DNA from: an uncultured Actinomycetes bacterium
GTDB lineage: Bacteria > Actinomycetota > Actinomycetes > S36-B12 > CAIYMF01
NCBI GenBank assembly: GCA_963843975.1
Contig: CAWJMG010000003.1
Span: 1,890,001 to 1,922,000 of the forward strand
DNA length: 32,000 bases
Direction of reading: 5' to 3'
Shown: positions 1 through 6,684 of the stretch, piece after piece
Position numbering within the stretch: position 1 is the stretch's first letter
How the letters are laid out: the number at the start of each line of letters is the position of its first letter
Position numbers and translations under genes: made by a program
Notes under the pieces: model-generated
Database searches by the model: none
What the model was told of the DNA's origin: nothing
Seen by the model: only the letters and a program-made list of their open reading frames with translations

Positions 1-426
1 GCCGGGAACTGGCGCGAGGCGCGCGAGGTCATGGTGGGCGACGATCAGCTCCCGTTCGTCGCGGCGCATCAGCCCGTCGCTCTCGTCCTCCTTGCGAAGA
101 CCGCAGTCGGCGCCGACGGACGCAGCTGGATACCCCTCGCGATCACTCGGGACGGCGCGATCGTGGGCGTCGTCGGGCTGGCCCACCGCGACGGGTCGGG
201 CGCGATCATGCATCTCGCGATCGACCAGCAGCATCAGGGCCAGGGCATCGGGACGGCGGCGGTACGCGAGCTCGTCGCGTACGCCGATCAGTTCGGCATC
301 ACCGAACTGTGGCTGACCGTCCACGACGACAACTCGGTCGCGCGGGCGCTCTACGAGCGCGCGGGCTTCGCACCGACGGACGAGATCCGCGGCGGCGAGC
401 GCGTCTGGCGCCTCGCCCGCCGCTGA
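1..426 (+). CDS. GNAT family N-acetyltransferase (5' end probably outside window)
   Basis: Frame 1 is open from base 1 (AGNWREAREV precedes the ATG at 31), so the listed 131-aa ORF is likely only the C-terminal part. It has the acetyl-CoA-binding style motif QHQGQGIGTAAV and a C-terminal ARALYERAGF, typical of the GNAT fold. Confidence 0.75.
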   Translation, partial: AGNWREAREVMVGDDQLPFVAAHQPVALVLLAKTAVGADGRSWIPLAITRDGAIVGVVGLAHRDGSGAIMHLAIDQQHQGQGIGTAAVRELVAYADQFGITELWLTVHDDNSVARALYERAGFAPTDEIRGGERVWRLARR

Positions 427-597
427 CGGCTGGTCCAACGGCAGGCGTCCACGCGTCAAGCACGGCAGACTTCGGATGAACGAGGGAGCCGGAATCGGCA
501 GTACCTCACGAGAGCCAGACCAAGGCGCGGCGCGCCACAACCGCTCGAGCCGCACCTGGATTCTGTTGGAGCGGGCGGTTCGCGAGGAGTTGACGGC

Positions 598-1314
598 GTG
601 GCACATGACTTCGAGGCGCTCGAGGGACTCTCCCCCGAGGAGGCAGAGGACATCTCGGCTCTGGCCGCCGCGAGGTGGCCGTGGTACGGCGTCCTGCCGG
701 AACCGTCGGCAGAACTGGCCGCCGTCGAGCGATTGAGGACCAAGGAAGATGTCTACCCGGCCCGCGGGCTGGAGTTCGCGGCGCTCACCCTTGTGCCGTT
801 CGAAGCTGTGCGGGTCGTGATCCTCGGGATCGACCCGTACCCGAATGCCTCGCACGCGACCGGGCTCGCGTTCTCAGTGCCCGCCGACGTGAAGGTGCTC
901 CCGCCCGGCGTGCGCAACATCCGGGCCGCCGTCCGCCACGACGGTTACGTGCCCGATGGCGGTCCAGGCCCAACCGGCGATCTGTCGGCCTGGGCGCGGC
1001 AGGGTGTGCTGCTGCTCAACCGGGCGCTGACGTTCTCCCCGAACGAGGAGAACCGGGCCGGTGTCCACCTACCGATCTGGCAGGAGTACACCGATCGGAT
1101 CATCCGGACGCTCTCGGACCGGCCGGGACCGGTGGTGTTCCTGCTCATGGGACACGAGGCGCAGAAGGTGGCGCGGCTCATCGACCCCACTCGGAACACG
1201 GTGATCGAGACGGTGCATCCGTCCGCGCGGGGCCGCCAGCGCGAGTTCATCGAGGCGGGCACGTTCCGCCGGGTGAATGCAGCACTGGCCGAGCCGATCG
1301 ACTGGAGCCTGTGA
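598..1314 (+). CDS. Uracil-DNA glycosylase, family-1 (UNG)-like, divergent motifs
   Basis: 238-aa ORF with a GTG start. Colinear UNG motifs: VVILGIDPYPN...HATGLAFSV (cf. GQDPYH...GLCFSV), LLLN, VFLLMGHEAQK, HPSARG (cf. HPSPLS). Confidence 0.75.
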   Translation: MAHDFEALEGLSPEEAEDISALAAARWPWYGVLPEPSAELAAVERLRTKEDVYPARGLEFAALTLVPFEAVRVVILGIDPYPNASHATGLAFSVPADVKVLPPGVRNIRAAVRHDGYVPDGGPGPTGDLSAWARQGVLLLNRALTFSPNEENRAGVHLPIWQEYTDRIIRTLSDRPGPVVFLLMGHEAQKVARLIDPTRNTVIETVHPSARGRQREFIEAGTFRRVNAALAEPIDWSL

Positions 1315-1485
1315 AGCGCAACGATCCCCACTCGGCTTGATCCCTGCGATTCAGGTCCGTCAGCCCAGGCCCCGTCGGTGACGATGGTGTCGCCAGCTTC
1401 CGACTTGACCTGGCTCCTCGGATCCACCCACGGGGACGCCAGGGCGCCTCAAGAAGGCATCGACGCCCCCCACGACCACAGGTGA

Positions 1486-2394
1486 TCAGCCGGCGCTGCA
1501 CCACTCGCCGGGCGTGTGTGCGGTGTGCACCACGCGCAGCTCGGCCTCCACGTCGTCGGAGACGACCGGACGCAGGTCGGGGCTGATGCGCCAGGTGAAC
1601 GTCTCGTCGGACCAGCGCGTGTTCTCTGCGAGCGCGAGCGGGATCAGGCGAAGGCGCGCGTCCATCCACTCCGGCGTCCACGGCCCGTCCTCGAGGATCG
1701 ACTGCGCAGCGCGGAACTCGAAGTAGATCGTGCGGCGCTGGGCGTCGGCCGCCGACGGCGGCGAGCCGTGCACGACCATGTCGTCGTGCACGAGCACGTC
1801 GCCCGGCTCCATCTCGACCTCGATCGCACCGGGCAGCTCATAGCCGTACGTCTCGGCGAGCGAGCAGGCATCGGTGCGCTGCTTCTGCGAGCCCGGGATC
1901 ACGTGCAGCGCACCGGCTCCCGCGCGCGACTTGTCGAGGTAGACGTCCACGTTGAAGAGCCGGTGGCGACGCGCGTGCACGGCGTCCTGGTGCCACGGCA
2001 CCGGTGCGCCGTCGCCGGCCTTCTTCACGACGAGCGACTCGTACGTCGGGACGAAGTCCGGGCCGGCCACGCTCTCGGCGATGCCGAGCACGGCCGGCGA
2101 CCCGAGCAGCTCGAGGGACGCCGCCTCGCCCTTGTCGTGGATGTAGTCCACGCGCCACATGACCTTGCCCGAGGGGCGGTTCGCGAACAGCCAGTCGCTC
2201 GGACCGTCGTCCTCGCGGCCCGCGCCGTCGGCGATCCAGCGCTCGGACGCGCCCTGGAGGCGGCCGAGCAATCCGGGCTCGATCCGGTCCTTCAGCAGCA
2301 GGTACCCGTCGCGGTCGAACTGCTCGACCTGCTCGGGCGTGAGGAGCCAGCGCTCGCGGACGGGATCGGGCGTCTGCACGGAGGACGTCGTCAT
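1486..2394 (-). CDS. Phytanoyl-CoA dioxygenase (PhyH) family Fe(II)/2-oxoglutarate oxygenase
   Basis: Motifs FDRDGYLLLKD and WHQDAVH are typical of PhyH. I prefer ATG 2394 (MTTSSVQTPD...) over the track start at 2499, whose extra 35 aa are Arg/Ser/Pro-rich. The gene is divergent from an AraC gene. Confidence 0.8.
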   Translation of the reverse strand: MTTSSVQTPDPVRERWLLTPEQVEQFDRDGYLLLKDRIEPGLLGRLQGASERWIADGAGREDDGPSDWLFANRPSGKVMWRVDYIHDKGEAASLELLGSPAVLGIAESVAGPDFVPTYESLVVKKAGDGAPVPWHQDAVHARRHRLFNVDVYLDKSRAGAGALHVIPGSQKQRTDACSLAETYGYELPGAIEVEMEPGDVLVHDDMVVHGSPPSAADAQRRTIYFEFRAAQSILEDGPWTPEWMDARLRLIPLALAENTRWSDETFTWRISPDLRPVVSDDVEAELRVVHTAHTPGEWCSAG

Positions 2395-2486
2395 GGAGAC
2401 GAGGCTAGGGCAGACGGATCCGGGCATACTTCCCTCATGCCGGCCAGAACTTCCCGGATCCTCGCGGCTCGACGGCGCCCGCGTCC

Positions 2487-3281
2487 ATGAGCGCCGCACC
2501 CCTGCACGAGGTGTTCGGTCTCGCCTGCGGCCTGTCGGCCGTGCCGGCGATGGCGCGCGCGCACCGGCACGACGACGTCGAGCTCGTGCTGCCGCTCGGC
2601 GGCGGCGCCGTGCTCGAGCACGCGGCCGGGCGGCACGAGCTCGGCGACCACGAGGTCGCGGTGTTCTGGGCGGGGCTTCCCCACCGCGTCGCCGACCACG
2701 ACGCCGGGGTCGCCGTCGCCTGGCTCACCGTTCCGCTCGGCGACGCGCTCACCTGGTCCCTCCCCGCACCGTTCGTCGGCGAGCTCCTGCGCGGCGGCCT
2801 GTCCAAGCTGCCGGCGCCCGACGGCCTCGAGACCTCGATGGCTCGGTGGCAGCGCGACATCGGCACGTCATCCGTGCTCACCCGGGCGGCGCGCCTCGAG
2901 ACGCAGGCGTGCCTGCTGCGCGCGGCGACGACCGCGCGGCCGAGCGCCCCGGACGAGGGCCTGGACGACGCCGCGACCGCGATGACGTCGTACGTCGCCA
3001 CCCGCTTCCGCGAGCCGCTGCGCGTCGCCGACGTCGCAGCGCACGTGCACCTGCACCCGAGCACGGCGGCCGCGGTCTTCCGGCGCGGCACCGGCGTCAG
3101 CATCGGCGAGTACCTCGCCCAGTGCCGTGTGGCCGAGGCCCAGCGGCTGCTCATCGCGATCGACGCGACGACGACGGAGATCGCCGTGCGCGCCGGCTTC
3201 GGCTCGACGAGCCGGCTCTACGAGCGGTTCGTGCGCGATGTCGGCATGCCGCCGGCGGCGTACCGCGCGTCGATGCGCTGA
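2487..3281 (+). CDS. AraC family transcriptional regulator (cupin-like N-domain + AraC HTH)
   Basis: 264 aa. The C-terminal double HTH reads LRVADVAAHVHLHPSTAAAVFRRGTGVSIGEYLAQCRVAEAQRLL...EIAVRAGFGSTSRLYERFVRDVGMPPAAYR. Confidence 0.85.
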   Translation: MSAAPLHEVFGLACGLSAVPAMARAHRHDDVELVLPLGGGAVLEHAAGRHELGDHEVAVFWAGLPHRVADHDAGVAVAWLTVPLGDALTWSLPAPFVGELLRGGLSKLPAPDGLETSMARWQRDIGTSSVLTRAARLETQACLLRAATTARPSAPDEGLDDAATAMTSYVATRFREPLRVADVAAHVHLHPSTAAAVFRRGTGVSIGEYLAQCRVAEAQRLLIAIDATTTEIAVRAGFGSTSRLYERFVRDVGMPPAAYRASMR

Positions 3282-3306
3282 CCACGCGCTGCTCACCAGG
3301 CTCTGC

Positions 3307-3492
3307 TCACCAGAACTCGGCGTCGAGCTTCCCCTCGATCGAGCGCAGGTTCTCCCGCGAGCACGACGGGCAGTAGAAGAGGTCGCGCCCCCGCTCGTGC
3401 GAGTGCACCCACGCGAGCGCGTCGAGGCCGCTCCGCTCGTCCTTCTCGGAGTCGAGCGATCGCCCGCACTGGGCGCACACCTGCACCGTCAC
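3307..3492 (-). CDS. Small zinc-ribbon protein (CxxC...CxxC), function unknown
   Basis: Contains CAQCG...YCPSCS and ends ...NLRSIEGKLDAEFW. The start is ambiguous: GTG 3492 has AGGAG 13 nt upstream, while the track start GTG 3546 adds an Arg-rich extension. Confidence 0.5.
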   Translation of the reverse strand: MTVQVCAQCGRSLDSEKDERSGLDALAWVHSHERGRDLFYCPSCSRENLRSIEGKLDAEFW

Positions 3493-3559
3493 GTCGACGA
3501 TGGTGCTCCTGCCCGACTCACGCCGTCGCGCGCCACGCCGAACCACCCCGCCCGCTGAA

Positions 3560-3608
3560 CCTGATCAATCCGTCGTTTCCCAACCCTGGAAGCGACGGAT
3601 TGATCAGG
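3560..3608. repeat. 49-nt inverted repeat / stem-loop between the phosphodiesterase and Zn-ribbon genes
   Basis: CCTGATCAATCCGTCGTT (3560-3577) and AGCGACGGATTGATCAGG (3591-3608) are reverse complements (16 W-C pairs plus one G.U and one A-U). The loop is 13 nt and the arms are noticeably lower in GC than the surroundings. Confidence 0.7.
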
Positions 3609-3622
3609 ATGAGCACACGGGT

Positions 3623-5203
3623 TCAGTCGGGGGCGACGCCGAGGTAGACGAAGCCGGGACCCTCGTCGCGGAACGGAATGCCGAGCGGGTCGAGCGCCGC
3701 ATGCAGCGCCGAGCCCCACTCGCCGCGCACGTCGTCGCGTGCGGTCTCGAAGCCGTGGTCGGCGGTGAGCAGGAACAAGCAGTCGTCGAGGATCCCCCGT
3801 TGCTCGAGGTGGTCGAGGAACGCCCCGAGCCGCTGGTCGCAGTCCTTCAGCCCCTCGGTCGCGATGCCCGAACGCGGACCGCCCGCGTGGTGCGCGGCGT
3901 CGGTCGTGTACTGCGACCACCAGACCACCGCGGGCAGCTCGGCCGGGTCGGACGCCGAGAAGAGGCCCACCATCGTGGAGAGCCCGAGCAGGTCGATCGC
4001 GGAGTAGAACGCGTAGTCGTCGTCCTCCTCGCACCGCACGTGCGTGACGAGGTCGGACGCGTACGGGTCGGGCAGCAGCGCGCGCACGGTGCTGAGGAAG
4101 TCGCGCGACTCGGCGCTGCCCGCCTCGCCCGGATCGGCGGACTCACCGCTCGAGAGCGCGGCTCGCACGAGGCCGAACGTCGAGGCCCACGCCCCGCGCT
4201 CGGTCATCTCGTTCACGCTCGCGGTACGCACGTCGGGCCGGTGCGCGAGGACGGCCTCGAAGAGGGTCGTCACCCCGTCGCGGTAGAGCTCGGACGTCTT
4301 GTGCCACGTGGCCGCGTCGTTCGGCACGACCCGGCGACCCTCGTGCCTGTCCCAGTAGACGTTCCCGACCACGCCGTGCCGCCCGGGCCCGACGCCGGTG
4401 AGCATGCTCGTGTGGTTCACGAGCGTGAGGCTCGGGAACTCCGCCACCGCACCGCCGGTCAGCGCGCATCCGTGCCGCAGCAGTCGCGCGACGTTCGGCA
4501 GCTCACCGCGCAGCGCGAGGTCGATCAGCGACCCGACGTGCCCGCCGTCCCACAGCAGGCCGATGACGTGCGCCGCACCCGGCTCGACGAGGTCCGTGCG
4601 CGGTACGCCGTCCAGACCCGCGAGCGCCGCCCCGGGCACGCCGGCGGCGTACGCCAGCGTCGGCATGACGTCGACGAGCCGTGCGTGGTCCTCGATCAGC
4701 CCGTGCTTCTGGACGCCTGCGCCCGAGACCACGAACGGCGCGCGCGACTGGATGACGTCGAGCGAGCCGTGCTCGCCCCGGTGCCCGCCCTGCTCGGGGA
4801 ACCAGTGCCCGGCCGCGTGGACGACCGCGATGTCCGGGCTGCGGCGCTCGGCGAAGAAGGACGACAGCCGGAGCCACGGCAGCGGGTAGGCGTTGCGCTC
4901 GTGGTCGGGCGACGGGTCGGCCACCTCGAGCTCGTACGGCAGGAAGGCCATCGGGTCGGTGCTCGGCAGCGGGTGCCGGCCCGACACCACCAAGCCCTCG
5001 GGGTGCTGGTCGTCGAGACGCGCGGTGCCCGCGGAGTCCGCCACCAGGACCGCGCGGGGCCTTCCCGTCGCGTCGCGACCGGCGTCCGGGTCGGGCCAGG
5101 CGACCACCGCGACGAAGCCGGCGAGCGCGGGATCGAGGAGGGCGGCCACGGCCGCGTCGAGCGCGGTGCGATCGAGGTGCGTCACACCACGATCCTGCCC
5201 CAC
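3623..5203 (-). CDS. Alkaline-phosphatase superfamily protein (nucleotide pyrophosphatase/phosphodiesterase-like)
   Basis: FPSLTLVNHTSMLTGVGPGRHGVVGN is an NPP-type nucleophile-Thr motif, and LLTADHGF is a metal-site motif. The start is GTG 5203 or GTG 5185. Confidence 0.8.
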   Translation of the reverse strand: MGQDRGVTHLDRTALDAAVAALLDPALAGFVAVVAWPDPDAGRDATGRPRAVLVADSAGTARLDDQHPEGLVVSGRHPLPSTDPMAFLPYELEVADPSPDHERNAYPLPWLRLSSFFAERRSPDIAVVHAAGHWFPEQGGHRGEHGSLDVIQSRAPFVVSGAGVQKHGLIEDHARLVDVMPTLAYAAGVPGAALAGLDGVPRTDLVEPGAAHVIGLLWDGGHVGSLIDLALRGELPNVARLLRHGCALTGGAVAEFPSLTLVNHTSMLTGVGPGRHGVVGNVYWDRHEGRRVVPNDAATWHKTSELYRDGVTTLFEAVLAHRPDVRTASVNEMTERGAWASTFGLVRAALSSGESADPGEAGSAESRDFLSTVRALLPDPYASDLVTHVRCEEDDDYAFYSAIDLLGLSTMVGLFSASDPAELPAVVWWSQYTTDAAHHAGGPRSGIATEGLKDCDQRLGAFLDHLEQRGILDDCLFLLTADHGFETARDDVRGEWGSALHAALDPLGIPFRDEGPGFVYLGVAPD

Positions 5204-5335
5204 CAGGGCGTTCGACGGGCCCCGACGGCGCCAGGCCGCCCGGGACGTGCGAAGGCCCCCCGCCGACTGGTCCGCGAGCTGCGGATCTGCCGGCGAGGGG
5301 CCTCCCCTGCCACGTGCATGCCGTCGACCGTCGCC

Positions 5336-5644
5336 CTAGTGGGCGGCGGCGAGGACGGCCTGGTGCGCAGCCAGCACGGCTGCCTCGCGGGCGAGCCGGG
5401 CACGGCGCTCGGCCGCCGCCGCCCGACGGGCGGCCCTGGCGACGCGCGCGATGCGCGACGCCTCGGCCTCTGCCTGTCGAGAGACGAGATGGGATCTGGC
5501 CATCTGCTCAGGGATGTGATGCATGTCTGACTCCAGCTTCGAGTTCCGGGTCGTCAGGGACGACTCGGGGATGACGGTGACCGCCACCGAGGTGGCGGGG
5601 AGGGAGCCCGGACCCTGACGGGCGGGCTGCGTACGAACGGTCAT
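5336..5644 (-). CDS. Hypothetical protein translationally coupled to whiB7 (helical Ala/Arg-rich C-terminus)
   Basis: ATG 5644-5642 overlaps the whiB7 TGA 5643-5641 (ATGA). My hand count over the first 40 codons gives GC3 of roughly 85% against GC2 of roughly 60%, which is coding-like. An alternative internal start is ATG 5524 (GGAG 6 nt upstream), giving 62 aa MHHIPEQMARSHLVSRQAEAEA.... I recognise no family. Confidence 0.35.
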   Translation of the reverse strand: MTVRTQPARQGPGSLPATSVAVTVIPESSLTTRNSKLESDMHHIPEQMARSHLVSRQAEAEASRIARVARAARRAAAAERRARLAREAAVLAAHQAVLAAAH

Positions 5645-6075
5645 GCGGCGGCACCTCCGCGCTGCGCCGGGACGGCGCAGCCCTCGAAGAGCTCGTCCAC
5701 GAGGTCCGCGTCGAGGCCGCCGTCGGTCGTGAGCTCCGTGGAGATCTCGGCCAGACGCGCGGCGAGCGCGTCCTCGGCGGCCCGGCGACGGAGGGCGTCG
5801 TCCTTGCGCGGGCGGCCGGGGCGACGCTTGCGCGCCACGACACGTCCGTGCTCGAACAGCTCTCCGCCCCAGACGCCCCACGGCTCGCGCCGCTCCAGGG
5901 CTCCTGCGAGGCAGGCCGCGCGCAGGGCGCAGTCTCCGCACAGCTCCTGGGCGAGCGCGACGTCGTCGGGTCGCTCGGCGAACCACAGGTCCGGGTCGTA
6001 CGACCGGCACGGCGTGCTGACGTCGAACCCGGCTGCCATTCCGAGGGCAGTGGTGAGGTCGAAGGTCATGCTCAT
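5641..6075 (-). CDS. whiB7: WhiB-family Fe-S transcription factor, WhiB7 type (AT-hook), with C-terminal extension
   Basis: C-X22-C-X2-C-X5-C cluster (STPC...CGDCALRAAC), EPWGVWGGELF turn and AT-hook RKRRPGRPRK. This closely parallels the M. tuberculosis WhiB7 core as I recall it (EPWGVWGGEIF...RGRPRK). AAGGAGGTG lies 8 nt upstream of ATG 6075. The track start at 6225 is rejected. Confidence 0.85.
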   Translation of the reverse strand: MSMTFDLTTALGMAAGFDVSTPCRSYDPDLWFAERPDDVALAQELCGDCALRAACLAGALERREPWGVWGGELFEHGRVVARKRRPGRPRKDDALRRRAAEDALAARLAEISTELTTDGGLDADLVDELFEGCAVPAQRGGAAA

Positions 6076-6228
6076 CGCGCGGTCACCTCCTTCATCCGCC
6101 GCGGGGTCTCCGCGGTTGTCGGTGTCGTGCTGGGCAGGGGTGGTGCTGGTGGTGCGTCCCTCCGGCGGGGGTTGTGCCGGCGGGGTGGTGTGCTGGTCCG
6201 GGTGAGGGAGTGCCCGGACAAACACGAA

Positions 6229-6260
6229 GGCCGCGGTTCCCGGTGTGGGGATCCGCGGCC
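6229..6260 (-). terminator. Intrinsic terminator-like hairpin inside the whiB7 leader (candidate attenuator)
   Basis: On the minus strand: GGCCGCGGAUCC-(8 nt)-GGAACCGCGGCC, a 12-bp stem with one mismatch, followed by UUCGUGUUUGU (6228-6218). Confidence 0.55.
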
Positions 6261-6285
6261 TCGAGGTGCCTGGTGGTGAGGGGTC

Positions 6286-6492
6286 TCACCAGCTGGATCC
6301 TCGAGACTGCGGGCCGAACTTGGCGGCGTAACCATCGACGCGGACGAGACCCGTGGCCGGGACGTGCGTGCGCGGGGTGACGGCGATACCGCTGGTGGCC
6401 GCGACATCACGGCGCCAGGCAGCGGCGAACGCGACGACGGCAGCAGGCAGCACGACGAGAGCGGCCACCGGCGAGTTCATGTACTCGATCAT
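6286..6492 (-). CDS. 68-codon upstream ORF in the whiB7 leader (leader peptide or small membrane protein)
   Basis: ATG 6492 is preceded by GAAGGAGGTG 6 nt upstream. The peptide is MIEYMNSPVAALVVLPAAVVAFAAAWRRDV..., with 14 Ala of 68 and one hydrophobic helix. The longer track ORF (start 6639) is rejected. Confidence 0.5.
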   Translation of the reverse strand: MIEYMNSPVAALVVLPAAVVAFAAAWRRDVAATSGIAVTPRTHVPATGLVRVDGYAAKFGPQSRGSSW

Positions 6493-6545
6493 CGGTGCCA
6501 CCTCCTTCGTCGTCGCGTGCGCAGCGTCTCCGCGCGTAGGTGTGT

Positions 6546-6575
6546 GAGGGTACGCAGTTGTTCTCTGCCAGCGCA
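6546..6575 (-). promoter_or_regulatory. Candidate promoter of the uORF-whiB7 transcript
   Basis: On the minus strand, TTGCGC (6575-6570), an 18-nt spacer and TACCCT (6551-6546) form a -35/-10-like pair. An A-rich AGAAAAC lies just upstream of the -35. The call rests on hexamer resemblance only. Confidence 0.3.
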
Positions 6576-6684
6576 ACGAGGTTTTCTGCCAGAGATTCCG
6601 TGTCGTGATGAATTCGTTGCCGCGGCACCCGTCGTTCACGACGATTCGTCCCGTTTCAGGCCGCGACAGTCGACCCAGGCCCGA

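Noticed and set aside
3500-5530. 676-aa plus-strand ORF antisense to the AP-superfamily gene. Similar long ORFs occur at 2159..3376 (+), 9728..11902 (-), 17039..19585 (+), 22151..25717 (+) and 25734..27182 (-).
   Set aside because: The translations are monotonous Arg/Ala/Gly/Pro/Val-rich with no recognisable motifs. They lie opposite or out of frame to genes with clear family signatures. Such stop-free shadow frames are expected in very GC-rich DNA.
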